Shown here piece by piece: positions 11,314 to 24,300 of a DNA stretch of 42,334 nt; within the stretch, counting starts at the first letter, position 1, and each line of letters starts with the position of its first letter. A model generated the notes under the pieces. It worked only from the letters and a program-made list of their open reading frames with translations. It was not told the origin of the DNA and searched no databases. The stretch is from Basidiobolus meristosporus CBS 931.73 (taxonomy: Eukaryota > Fungi > Basidiobolomycota): positions 1-42,334 of the forward strand of contig MCFE01000718.1 of the NCBI GenBank assembly GCA_002104905.1. Reading direction: 5' to 3'. Both the position numbers and the translations under genes were made by a program.

Positions 11314-13801
11314 GCGCCAATAAGAAGGAAGAAGAAAATGCTTTAATAAACAAAGATAACCAACAAAGGAGGTACCCAAGACCTTATAAAGGCAACAGCA
11401 ACCTGTTTTGCAACTACTGCAAAAGGAAAGGACACATATCAGACCAGTGCTTCAAAAAGAAAGACAGTCAGCAGAAAATGCCTGATTATGGAGATGCTGC
11501 AACAACTGAAGATAGACTATTCATATCCGCACTAAAAATGAACACAAACAAAGATTCTCAGACATGGTATATTGACTCTGGAGCATCTCAACACTTTACA
11601 CACCAAAAAAAACTTTTTACCCAATATCAAGAAATTCCAATTAAGAAGGTTTTCATGGGTGACAATAGAACACTTGATGCAGTGGGAGAAGGAACTATCC
11701 AAGTAAACCTTAGAAGCAGTAAAGGAAGCCATACACTGACCCTCAAAGAAGTACTATATGTACCTGAAATAGCCAAGAACCTACTATCTGTAAGCAAGGC
11801 CACAGCAGAAGGCCTCAGTTTCAGCTTTGACAATTCTAGATGCAAGATCACTGATCAAAATGGTGCCCATATTGCTTTGGGTATCAGAGATCAGATTCTA
11901 TACAAGTTGACTTATATTCCATCATATTTGGAGGCGAATATAAGTAACTTAAATGAAGAAACACCAATGCTTTGGCACAGGAGATTTGGGCATATCAATT
12001 TTGATTATTTGTACAAAATGATCAAAGATCACCTAATTTCTGGAGTAAAGATTGATCCCCCAGCTAATTTGGAGCACTGTGAAGCCTGCATATATAGGAA
12101 ACAAGCCAGACAACTGTTCAAGAGCTCTGGGTTGATCAAAACTAAGAAAAAATTAGATCTAACTCACTCGGATCTGTGTGGACCTATGCAAAATTTATCC
12201 TTAGGTGTGATGAAGTATTTAATCACCCTTATTGATGATTATACAAGATACACATGGGTCTACTTCATGGAGAGAACAGAAGAAGCTCTGTCTAAGTTCT
12301 GGGAGCTTAAAGCCATGGTGGAGAGAGAAACTGGTGAAAAAATCAAGAAAATACACTCTGACAATGGTGGAGAACATACCTCAAAACTCCTCATCCACTT
12401 CTGCAAAATTTATGGGATAAAGCATGAGACTACTGTACCATACTCCCCACAGCAAAATAGAGTAGCAGAATGTGCCAACAGATCAATAATTGATATGGCA
12501 AGATCTATAATCCATGATCAAAAATTATCCTATGATTTTTAGGCAGAATCAGTTGCCACTGCTGTATATCTTAAAAATAGGAGTTATAACAGAATACTTT
12601 GTGATTCTACTCCATTTGAAGCATGGTATGGATACAGACCAAGTGCAGTACATCTAAGAATATTTGGGTGTACAGCATATGCCAAGAAACTGCTCTGAAA
12701 TCAGTCAAAATTTGAGCCAAAAAGTGTAAAATACAAATTTCAAGCTACTGCAATGAGAGTAAAGCATACAAACTCTACAATACCAAAGTAAAGAGGCTAA
12801 TCAAGTCCAGCAATGTGTTATTTGATGAAAATTCAAAATTTTTGCAAAAAATGACATCAGATGATGACAAAAATTTGATCTAAAGTTCACCGATAGTCAG
12901 GATTGAATCAGAGCAAAATAATGCAAATTTTTTCATTCCAGAGGACTCTACAACTGTGTTTTAGCCAGAATCAGTGCCCAGGAATATCCCAGAAGTGATC
13001 ATTCTAGTATCAAATGCCTGGAGATCAAATCAGACAAGAAATAGCCCAAATTACTATAATAATGAGGGTTCAAACTTAGACTATGCCTATTCAGTCCATA
13101 TTGATGAACCCCAGACTGTAAAGGAGGCCCCAAATAGCCCTCAGACAAAGTTTTGGAGATCTGCATTGACTGAGGAATATCAGGCCCTGATGGAAAATCA
13201 AACTTGGGACTCAGTCAAATTACCAATCAACCAAAAAACAATTGGATGCAGATGGGTCTTCAAGACAAAATACAAGGCTGATGGTACAATTGAAAGATAC
13301 AAAGCAAAACCTGTAGCCAAAGGATACTCTCAAACAAAAGGAATTGACTATACTGAGACCTTTGCACCGGTAGCCAAGTTTAATTCCATCAGACTAATAT
13401 TGGCTATTGCAGCCAAATATAAGTTTTTTATTCATCAGATGGATGTAAAAACTGCATTTTTGAGTGGAGAACCTGATGAGGATGTGTATATGGACCAGCC
13501 TGATGGGTTTGCTGACCAAGATAACCCCCATTTGGTCTGCAAGCTTAAAAAGTCACTATATGGTCTCAAGCAATCACCAAGAGCCTGAAATTGCAAGATA
13601 GATTTGTATTTGGAATCTTTGAGCTTCAAAAGGAGTAATGCTGACTATAGTACATACTGTAAGCCAGACAGAGCAAATCCAGCTTCATTAGCTCTATATG
13701 TGGATGATCTTATTATAGCCACCAATAACCTAGAAACACTGGAAGAGGCTAAATCCAGCCTATCTAAGGAGTTCAAGATGTCCAATCTAGGAGAACTCAG
13801 T

Positions 13802-14012
13802 AGACTTGTTCCATCATTCCAGCTGGTCATAGTGCCCAATAGTGCTATAGCATGCCAGATGGTGCCTGATCATGCGACAGAGTGCTGGATGGTGCCATAC
13901 AGTGCCAATTTGGGATCAAAATTGACATGCATATGACCCTAAAATATCAAATTAATAACAAAATATACAGCACTTTCTGGCACTATGATCAACGGCACAA
14001 TGGAACAAGTCT
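13802..14012. mobile_element. MITE, 211 bp
   Basis: Perfect 12-bp TIR AGACTTGTTCCA/TGGAACAAGTCT, 3-bp TSD AGT and GTGCC/GGCAC subterminal repeats. Removing it restores RT LGELSYYLG. Confidence 0.9.
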
Positions 14013-14883
14013 AGTTACTACTTAGGGATTAAGTTCTCCATAGACAGAAGTACCCAGACTATCACCCTAAGCCAGTCCAAGTATATTCAAGATATACCAA
14101 ACAAGTACCAAATGGAAGACTGTAAACCAGCAGCTACCCCAATGGAGACAAACCTTAACTTGGTCAAAACTCAACCAAATCAAGAGAGCTTGATGTCATC
14201 TGAAAGCCCTGACTTTCCTTATCAATCTATGGCTGGCTGTCTGATATGTATCATGCTTGGAACATGTCCAGATATCTCATATTCAGTGGGAGTTGTCAGC
14301 CAACATAATCAGAACTATGGATCTGATCATATTGCAGCAGTTAAGCAGATTTTTAGATACCTAAAAGGAACTGCTGATATCTGCTTAAAATATACTTATA
14401 AGGATTCAGAACAGGATCTTGTGGGATACTCTGATGCTGATTGGGGACAAAATTTGGAAGACAGAAGATCTACCACAGGATACACCTTTCTTTACTGCAA
14501 AGGAGCAATTTCATGGAACTCAAGAAAGCAACCAACCGTAGCACTTTCTACCACAGAGGCAGAGTATATGGCAGCCTGTGAAGCTACAAAAGAAGCAATG
14601 TGGTTAAGAAAGCTTTTTACAGATTTAGGCCTAAGTCAAAAAATGCCTATTACTTTATTTCAAGATAATCAAGAAATCCAGCTTTTCATGCTAGAACCAA
14701 GCACATAGATATTAGACATCATTTCATAAGTGAAGCTATAAAGAGTAACTTAGTTAGCTTAGTTCACCCTCCTACAGATGAAATGATTGCAGATATATTT
14801 ACCAAACCATTAACTAGTGACAAGTTTGAATATCTTAGGTTAAAATTAGGACTAGTCAGTATGAACATTTAGCTGAGTGTGAG

Positions 14884-15232
14884 TGTTGTAAAAATTTGTA
14901 TTTCCACCTAAATATTTGCCTAACTTAGTCACTTAGATCATTACCTTCATATCCTAGAGAATACTGACCAAATCCCTTGTTGCGGTTTACTTAGAATATT
15001 TTCACCAAAATACCAGGTACCCAGAACATGAAAATTCTCAAAGTTGTCCAAACAGCCCCAAACTTTGCACACATGCTCTTGGGACCTTCCTTAGCCTATT
15101 CTACAAGTTTGTTATGCAAAGACCATGTAAAAGTATAAATACTACTTTTACATTCAATAAATCATTAAGTGAAAACCACATAATCTACTTGTCCTCCCAA
15201 TTACTTCCAATATCTCCAAGACTCTTACAACA
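14884..15232 (+). repeat. 3' LTR of Copia C
   Basis: Follows the pol stop and a degenerate PPT (GAGTGTGAG); TG...CA ends. Confidence 0.95.
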
Positions 15233-16600
15233 GTTTGTTATGTGTACACCGTCAAGGAACTCCACATTTGCTTTTTCTGAAAAGTGTGCTGCCATGCTGT
15301 TTAAGCTTCAAAGCCTTCTTCTTAAAATTTGTGGATTGCTTTGTAGGAATATTGGCAGGAACTTTGAGTGATGTAAGAAATTCTTTGATTTGCCAATAAT
15401 TGCTCTGTATCATATGTCTGAGTGAGAGTCCAAGACTTGTGTTTTCAAGAAACTCATCAATTTCATCATTATCAGTTGAGTACAGTCAATCTGGTTGCAT
15501 TCTAGATAAAGCAGCAGGTCCCTTGTAATTGGCTCTTGGTATGTGCTGCAGCATAAAGTCAAATATCTGAATATATGATATCTGCTGTGCTATAATAGGA
15601 TCAGGCAAAAGCTCTAACTTATTCAACATCCCTAATAATGACTTGGCATCAACCTCAAGCATCAAGTGTACTCCTAACAAGTATGGCTTTAGCTTTTTGA
15701 GTACATAGAGTATTCCAAGTGCCTCTTTCTTGATAGATGGATAGTCAAGCTCATTTGCTTTGAAAAGTCTACTGAGATATTTGCAAGGTTTTTGGTGATG
15801 ATCTTTTAAAACTTGAATCATGATTCCTCCAACCCCAATTTCAAAGCTGTTCACTGATACAATGATTGGTGGTGAATCAATAACTCTGCAGTCAATAGCT
15901 GCTAAGACAGGTGGCTTTTATAATGACTCAAGTAATGTCAACATAGCATTTGCCTGTTCTTTATGACACTCAAACTTCTGGTTTTTCTGTAATAGCCAAT
16001 TCAATGGCTTAGCAATTTGAGCATAGTTCTTGATCCAGATTCTGAATAGACCAGTAGGTCCCAATAGTTGTCTGACTTGATGAATACTGCTTGATGTCTC
16101 CCAATTTAGTGCCAATGAAAGTTCTGCAGGATCAGACAATCTCCCTTTTTCAGTAACAAGTCCACATAGAATGATTGCTATGTTGTAGCCAAACTTAAGA
16201 ATGGAGCCAAAACCTGTGTAGGCAAATTTAGACTTTCTAGCAATGCAGATATGCTCCATGGAGCCTCTTATACAAAGTTCACAAGCCAGAAACCCCAGAA
16301 GAGCCTGGAAACTTCAACAAGATCTGTCAGATATTGTAGCATATATTGGAGCAAATTATCTAATACAGAAGTCTTGATATCTGCTGTCTATGGAGCTGAA
16401 AGAAAAAGGTGCAAGGATCCACCAGATGGTTTTTATGGATTCTGAAGATACTGAGAAGATCAGCTAGCCTTGCACACCTAGCTCAAGGCTGAAAATAACT
16501 ATCAGGAAATTTAGGATAATCAAAGCCCTTATTAAGGATAATTGCACTTCCAGAAAAGCACTAATCTCTACTCTGTAAGTATATTCTGATTAGAGAAAAG
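15233..16600 (-). pseudogene. Ty3/Gypsy pol remnant (RT thumb, RNase H, start of integrase)
   Basis: ORFs 15918..16259 (GLFRIWIKNYAQIAKPL) and 15486..15854 (KEALGILYVLKKLKPYLLG...LLGMLNK) resemble RT/RH of the element at 23651-24700. The right boundary is approximate. Confidence 0.8.
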
Positions 16601-17303
16601 CAGCTATATCACTCCAAGTCAGTGGAAGCACTCTAAAAATACCTACCAACCAACCAATGGTTCTTTCTGATACCAAACTGGGAAAATCAAGAAGCTAATG
16701 GGCTTTGAATCTACCACAAATGAAGTAATCTATCTAAAGAAAATTGCTGCTACTTAAGGAAGACAAAGATGGCCATTCTTGATCATTTTTGTGGATTTGA
16801 TGCACTAAGCATATGTGGCTCAGGTGGGAGAAGGCTATCCCTGCACAGAGCTGACCAAAAGTCTTTTTTTTTGGCCCAAATTTGTCTAAACAAGTTGGAC
16901 CTTTGCCTGCAAATAAGGAAACTCCAGATCTGCTGTAAATGACAAAACCTTAATTTGACCAAAAGTGGGTCAATTTTACTCAATAAAAGCATTGGATAGC
17001 CCAGAGACTATATATCATTATTACAATCTGACAATTAGACTTAGATCATTATTCTAGTCTGTACAACGGACAAAAACTAATCATTAGTATTTTGATCAGA
17101 CCATTCAGATTTTTGGGCATACTATTAAGTAGATATGCACATTGAGTTTTAAGTTTCTTGTTCAAATAAGTTGAGCACAAATGCATATACTGTTAGATAA
17201 TATATTAGTCCAGTAAGCAGCACAGTTAAATTCTATATGTGTATTACAGATTGCACACTCTTGATATGTCCTTATTACTCATGAATATTTTGTTGAGTGG
17301 GAG

Positions 17304-17652
17304 TGTTGTAATTATTAAGTTGTGACCTAAATATTCATGCTAACTTAGTCATATAGATTCTATTTTCAGATAAGCATTCTGTCCTGACTAAATTTCTTGT
17401 TGGGACTTACTTAGATTATTTTCACCAAATTATTCAGTACACAGATTATGATCTTTCTCATTGTTGTCCAAAAGCCCACAAACTTTGCACACCTATTCTT
17501 AGAACCTTCCTTAAAAAGCTCTAAATGATTGTTTGCTCTACTTTATCAAAAGTATAAATACCATACTTTTGATCTATGAGTTTACAAGTTAATAACATGT
17601 AAATCCTCTAGTTCTCCACATCACTTCCAATACTCCTCAGAATTTTGCAACA
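17304..17652 (+). repeat. 3' LTR of a second, diverged Copia family (349 bp)
   Basis: Preceded by the same PPT GAGTGGGAG; TGTTGTAA...TTGCAACA ends; shares blocks with the Copia-1 LTR (CCTAAATATTCA, CTAACTTAGTCA, AAAGTATAAATAC, TCACTTCCAATA). Confidence 0.8.
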
Positions 17653-19790
17653 TCTCTATGTGCACATCTGCCCCAGTTATTTCCAAATCTTCCTGGCTGT
17701 CTTCCTTGTGCCAAATCACCACATCCATGACAGACTTGAAGGTAAGATTCTTGATGTAATTGCAATTTGGTCATACCTGCAACTTGACTTGTCTTCCTAT
17801 CTCCCTACATATCCACTTTATAGGAAACTCCCAAAAGGTGAAGCAAGGCCTAATATTTTCCACTCACCAAGTAAGATGGAGTAGAGAATGGGTACAATAG
17901 CTGCAGAGAACCGTGTGTTCAGCTTTATGCTTGCAGCATAGCAGCTTGAATCCAATCACAAACCACCTAAATAATAGCTGTAGATGCATCAAATTACAAT
18001 TGGTGAACTGCTTTTGAATAGATTTTCCTACTATGTCAGCATATGACTACCATTGATTTTAATGTACTCTATGTAGAATTGGCTTCAGAAGGCCACTTGA
18101 ATAAATGCACATCTAGCTCATCTGGTCCTTGCATTTGTACTATTGCATATGAGTATGCATATTGATTGGAGTCCATGAGAAGTATTTTGGGGTACAGATA
18201 CTCTGTAAAATCTTGCCAATTCCTACAAATTTCTCTGGTATCCTGAAGGGCCCATTTAGCTTGAAATGCCCCTTTGACAGCTTATTCAACAGTATAGGGA
18301 TATTGTTGAAAAGCAAATGCATTGCCCCCCAGTAAAAAGCTTTTTCTCCATCATATAGCCTCTATCTTATATATTTTTGGTTTCCAATTGATTCCATTTT
18401 CTGGCCAATGGCATATAGCTTGCCAACTTTGCTGCAATTGCCTGGTGACTTATGTGCATTCTCTCTGTGAGAAGATGATGTTCTTAGTATTGGACTTTGG
18501 TAATAATAATGTGTGCAGGTTATGGAGTATATCCTCTGGATTTCACATATTTGACAGCAATACTGTCCATTGTGTCCCAAAAAGCCAGCTATCTTGCTGA
18601 TGGTCAGGGTATCTCCAATGCGGATAATAATATGCACTTTCACATGACAGCCATTCACTGTTATCCTGCTTGAAAGCATACAAAATTTATGCAGCAATAG
18701 ATATATGTAGCTATCCAGGTTGGATGGTGATTTAGGCACAGATACCAGTGAGTCTACCATCTGATTTTTGCTCTGATACCATAAGATAGGCAGCAGATTC
18801 AGGTTGATGAGATGCAGTGGCCAGCAGGATTTGCTGGTAGAGTACTTGTTTAATGAGAATCCATCAAGTGCCAAGGCAAAGGCATAATCATACATACCTT
18901 CAAAGTAGCCCTTGCTTCTTAGCTGTTTGTAATGTTTGCCATCATATGGATTGGATATATTTGCTCTTGATTGATACTGAGTGTGGTACTTCATAGCTTT
19001 GCAATATTTGTCAGACTGCATGAGCCTCTCTAGATTGGGTATTACCGGAATATATCTGCAGTATGAGTGATATTTTCCCTCAATGGTGGTGGATTCCTAA
19101 CAATTTGGACATGTTACAATGGTGGTACTTTTGGATGTGAATGCCATGCAACTGTTATCACATGGTGAAATGAGGTCAGTGTCTGGGTCATATGTTGTCA
19201 GCTGCATGACAATTGTCCACTTGTACTATGTACAAGGCAAGTTTCATCCTGGAATGATTTAGGGAAGAAGTTATAATAAATCCTCAGAGCCCTCATTGCT
19301 GATATTAGTGGAAATATGCCACTTCTCTAGCCACAACATTACATCATTCACCAGTAGATGGATTACTGGGTTCACTTGGCTCCATAATGGATCCTTAGCA
19401 TTTGTTTCAATGGGTATTGTCTCATTGTATATTGAAATTTGACCATGCTCATGAGTAGTATTGTTGTTAGGGGAGATAGGCTCACAATCCATCAGTGAGC
19501 CTTCTTTGTCAGTGCTTTCACTCTGCATGCCATATTCAGAAGGCTGAGGTGAGCCCAAAGGCATCACACACTCACCTGACCCGGTTAGCACAAGGTGACA
19601 AAGACAGCCAGGTGCCTATACAGAAGTATCATCTGGCTGGCAAGATAATGTTGGTATGGTAGAGACAGATGAATGGTCAAATATGACTTGTGTGGCAAAA
19701 CACTGGCCATGACCCTTGTAAGCATCCTATGCTATCTGCATGTTTCATGGCTGAGAGGCTTGCTACAATAGCCATATGGTTTTTTTCTTT
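17653..19790 (-). pseudogene. CACTA/EnSpm tnp2-type (Transposase_21-like) transposase, decayed
   Basis: Motifs PCDNSCMAFT...CPNC...YIPVIPNL, ALDGF, SCWPLHLINLNL, IGDTLTISKIAGFLGHNGQYCCQICEI, MHLLFNNIP and CTHSLLH...FWEFPI, matching fungal tnp2 family patterns from memory. Several stops; boundaries approximate. Confidence 0.8.
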
Positions 19791-20101
19791 TCTCTTATGG
19801 TGTTGAATCTAAGTAGTCTTGTCCCTGGGGCAAACAGTTTGACCTTCAACAATGTAATGCTATTATATCACTTTTTGGTCAATACTTAAGTTAATCTAAG
19901 ACAGTCTTGTATTTGAAACATTGCACCTACCTGCATGTATAATTCAATGATGACTTGCCATAGTGAGCATTATAAGTAAAGTTGTAGCACAACATACACA
20001 TCTATATATAGCACTATTTCCTCTTTGGCTTGACTCACTTCCATATGTACGCTACCAAAAAACAAAGCAAGGTTGTCTAGTTCTTAAACAAGCCCCACCA
20101 C

Positions 20102-21180
20102 TGTGGTGGGGTCACAGTGACACCCACAGGCAGATGTGCTCATTCCCATACGTTCACTTCCCTAAAATGGATTACCCCCCCGTATATTAGTATCATCCCA
20201 AATTGCAATAGCTTCTATCTGTCTATGTGATTATTACTATGCAACCTGGCACACTATTTGTCAGTATTGACCCATTGCACCAGCTATTACTATTCCTTGC
20301 CAAGATGCCAAGATAAGATAGTTACCATATAAGGTAAGTACCCCCAACAGTGCCAATGTCATGTGATCATCCTGGCTTCATAACCTTCCTATCCTACTAC
20401 CATATGAGGTAACTACATGACACAGAGGTTTCATATTACCACTATCTGATTGGCTAGGTGCTACTATATCTCATGGAACAATGTGCTAAGAATTTGCGCT
20501 ATTTTTAGTACACAATAACATGATTGGCTGTCTACTACCTACTGGAAACTTCCAGAAAGTATTTTCTAGTGAGAATATGAGCAGCAAAAAAGTATATAAG
20601 GGAGGCTATCCCTTAAAATAAATCATCCCTCTTCCAATATTCCAGCTTACTGATTAGTGAGATCACCACTGCCTATTACCACTATTTTCTGACTCAGACC
20701 TGACAATACTCCCAGGAAACCGCGCTGACAGCCAACTGACTTTGGAGGCACTACTTGTGAGGAATGCTCAGAGTAGGTATCTTTTATTATATTTGACTGT
20801 TTTCCCAAGTTTGTTCTTGTACAGGCAAAGATACTTTTCAGTCTTTGTAACTATTGGTCAAAGCTGCATTCTTATCAAGTCCCTGTTGGTGGAGTTTACA
20901 GTTGTTTTGACTTTGGAAGCTTTAGTACATTGTCATCTTAAAGGATGCTGAACCCAGCACATACTTTTGTTGAGACACCAACTAAGTTGGGGATTGTAGC
21001 TCAATATTTTTCCCTTGACAAGCTTGAAGCTTTATCCCCCTTCACATTAGATTAGACAAAAGACTCAGTATTCCTAGCAAGCTTTTGCCAGAGGTTATTG
21101 CACCCAGTGAACACCCCACACACATTCATACTTGAGAAGTGTTGGCTGTATTTTGCCCTTTGGACTTATACACAACCACA
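20102..21180 (+). repeat. 5' LTR of Gypsy-1
   Basis: TGTGGTGG...CAACCACA; TATA-like GTATATAAG near 20592 followed by AATAAA. Confidence 0.95.
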
Positions 21181-21184
21181 TAAT

Positions 21185-21202
21185 TGGCACCCAATGTGGG
21201 GG
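21185..21202 (+). other. Primer-binding site, tRNA-Lys type
   Basis: TGGCACCCAATGTGGGGG matches the canonical Lys1,2 PBS TGGCGCCCAACGTGGGGC with both CpGs decayed. Confidence 0.8.
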
Positions 21203-21330
21203 GCTCATACAAGCTCCCTAGGACCCAACAAGATTTACCTGAAGATTTGAGCCATTACCTGCTTACTGAAAAGAGACTACCAATATTACGTAGACTACGA
21301 CACCAACCTACCTACCCCAAAATAAACTCT

Positions 21331-24300
21331 ATGCCATTACCACTCTCACATGGTGCCCCACAGTTTGATGGAAAGAATGTGGAAAGCTTCATATTCCAAT
21401 GGGAGAAGCTCTTCAAGATGTGCAGCCTATCTGAACAAGAATTGGCTGAAGACTTCCCCTACTACTGCACCAATGATATTACCACTAAGCATCTCAGACA
21501 AGGAGACATTCTCACTGACTGGACCTTAATGAAGACCTACCTACAGACCAAGTATGGCAGACCCCAGATATACTATGGAATTGAAGACCTCAGACAATTT
21601 GGAAGGACAGGACTTGACAGTATGAAGATATGGCCAAGCCACTCCTAGAGTCCCAGGCTATAACTGAGTTTACCATGACACTTTACCTTGCACAAGGGCT
21701 TCCCCAGGACTTGGCAAGGAAAGTTAACTTACATGCAGCCAAGGATGACAAGTCCAGCATTCCTTGCTTTGCAGAGATGAAATGTGTACTCCTAGAGGCA
21801 AAGCAAACTTCTACCTTTATGAGACTCCTGACATCTAATCTGCCAGACCAGCCAACCAAGGAGCTAAAGAGTGCTGTTGCCAACAATCAGACCTACACTA
21901 CTGATAGAATTGACGAACTTGCTGAACAGCTACAAAAGCTAGCCCTCAAGATTAAAGGCTCAGCTGAGGTAGCTACTGAGGGCCAAAGACCTTTGACCAG
22001 ACACTGCATTTGGTATGACTCTACTCAGCATGTCAGACAAGAATGCTTGGAGCTTAGCCAGCTACTTAGAGAAGGAACAGTACAGTTTGATGCTGATGGA
22101 ATGCTTGCTGATAAGGAAGGAAAAAGGATTCCCACTAATTTCCAAAGAGTTGGAATGAGAGCCCTTTTCCAGAAGTCTGACTCAGCACCTAGAAAGATTA
22201 CTGTTGATGCCCCTATTGAGACTCATACAGTGAGTCCAAGCAGCCTTGATAACAGAAAATACAAAGTAGACACCTTTGCTACTAAGAGACACCTTCCTGA
22301 AGTACCTGTCAAACCCATCTGTAGAAGACCACAATTTGAAGAGCCTGAGGTTATCATTGACAAGAGGCCTGGAATACTGCCCACCCAAGACCCATTGCCT
22401 CACTTTCAGATGACCTCAAAGATAGCAGGCTACTCAAGCCCTCAACTGATTACTGAGAAACTGCTGAAGCAGAACCTCACTTTGTTGGTTGGAGAATTTA
22501 TGAGTGTATCACCATCTGTTAGGAAGACCTTTGATGAGCCGCTTGGAACAAGAAGACAAGCTGTTGAACATATGGACACCCACAAAATCCAGACAAACCA
22601 TGAAGACCACCAAATGGATGACAACACTACCAAATATAAGACCTTTTACTCAGTTGCAACTGCTGTGGTGAAAGGGTATATATATGATGACCCTGTTGAC
22701 TGCCATATTGACAGTGGTTTGGAGATTTGTACTATACCACTAGACTTCTGGAAGACACTTAGAAGCAAGGAGCTACTGCCTGTTGATAGAGATATTTGAT
22801 GGAACATGACTTATGCAAACTCAGGATCTAGCCCACTCTATGGTGTAGTGCACAAGTCCCCTATTGAGGTACAAGGAATCAAGGTCTGGCTTCCCCTCTT
22901 TATCTGCCAGGAGGCAAACTTTAACCTTCTGTTGGGCAGACCATGGGAGACCAGTACTAAGGCTACAACTACCAACTATTCTGATGGGTCAGTGTGGTAC
23001 ACTATACAAGGATCAGACCCAGGACTACAGTCAACATTCTTTGGGGTAACACCCAATAATATGAGGACACATACTGCTTGCCAGAAGACACATCTTGTTT
23101 TAGAAGAATATGAGGAGCCTGACAATATACACCCCACAGTTGGAGCTGCTCATTGGGTATACAGGAGCAGATGGCTACAGTTTGCACAAAATACAAGACA
23201 GTAGAACAGAAGATTAGACCATCACTTACACCTTTAACTGATGGATCTCAACCTGCTGATTACATCAGACCACCAGAAGGAACACCAGAAGATATACAAC
23301 TTACACCTGAGAGACTTAAGCAACTTATCATTGGTGATGGAAACCTAACACTGGAGGAGATCTTATTAGTTGAAGAAACCCTGAAAAGACATGATAAGGT
23401 TTTCTCATATAACAACAAGGAGATGGGATTCTTAAAGACATTGGTTGAAAAACCTATCAAGATTCTTACAGTGCCCCACACACCCTGGTCATTTAAGCCT
23501 TAACCACTGCCTAGAGGACTCCAAGCTGATGTGCATCACCTACTTAAGAAGAAGATTGAAGCTGGTATCCTAGAACCTTGCAATGGACCTTATGCTAGCA
23601 GATGGTTTGTGACCAAAAAGAAGAATGGAAAGCTCCAATTTATTTAAGACATGCAACCTGCAAGTGCTGTCACTATCAGAGATGCTGCAATAACTCCATC
23701 TATTGATGACTTTGCAGAGAGCTTTAGTGGTCATTCCATCTACTCAACATATGATCTCTACTCAGGATATGACCAGGTCCCCCTAGATGAGACATCAAGA
23801 GATATATTTGCACTCCAGACACCATTTGGACTGTTAAGAATTACAAGACTCAGCCAAGGGGCAACAAGCTCCATGGCTCAGTTCCAGAGATGCATGGTGA
23901 ATGTGCTCTACCAATTTATACCTGAGAAACTTGCTGTCTTTGTTGATGAGATAGGCATCAAAGGACCAAAACTCTGGGACACAACTGAAGTTATGCCTGG
24001 CATAAGAAAGTTTGTCTATGACCATATTACAGACAATGATGCCATATTAGGAGCCATTGGAGAAGCTGGACTCACCGTCAGTGGTGAGAAAAGCAGCTTT
24101 GGTATATCAGAGATATCCATTGTTGGACAAAAATGCAACACCATTGGTTGCTCACTTGAAGACTCCAGGACACAAAAGATATGCAACTGGCCTACCCCCA
24201 CAAATCTAACACAAGCTTGTGGCATTGTGGCAGCTTGTTGGTTCCTTAGGATCTGGATCCCAAGATTTTCTGAGATAGCAGAACCAATCTGCCAACTACA

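Larger units (their letters stand above)
9660..14872 (+). pseudogene. Copia C gag-pol (multiple stops, two insertions)
   Basis: ORF pieces 9783.., 11292..12542, 12974..13588, 13604.. and 14112..14708 are homologous to Copia B gag/PR/IN/RT/RH. Confidence 0.93.
9281..15232 (+). mobile_element. Ty1/Copia element C (full-length layout, defective, no TSD)
   Basis: LTRs at 9281-9628 and 14884-15232, degenerate PBS GGGTATGAGCAC, and gag-pol with many stops. It carries a Gypsy solo LTR and a MITE. Flanks are GAGAG versus GTTTG. Confidence 0.9.

Noticed and set aside
13802-14012. GTGCC-spaced repeats as a CRISPR-like array
   Set aside because: The motifs are only 5-8 bp, irregularly spaced and enclosed by TIRs and a TSD in a eukaryotic TE; they are subterminal repeats.
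1012-15371. Repeated peptide M.VMPRP.KSINTTFTF...
   Set aside because: It is simply a translation of the Copia-1 LTR, with no consistent start or stop.
16600-17295. Copia RNase H or another gene upstream of the 17304 LTR
   Set aside because: Only faint similarity to the TKHID region; too degraded to support a call.
21185-21202. tRNA genes at the PBS matches
   Set aside because: Only 11-18-nt complements adjacent to LTRs; no cloverleaf or A/B boxes.
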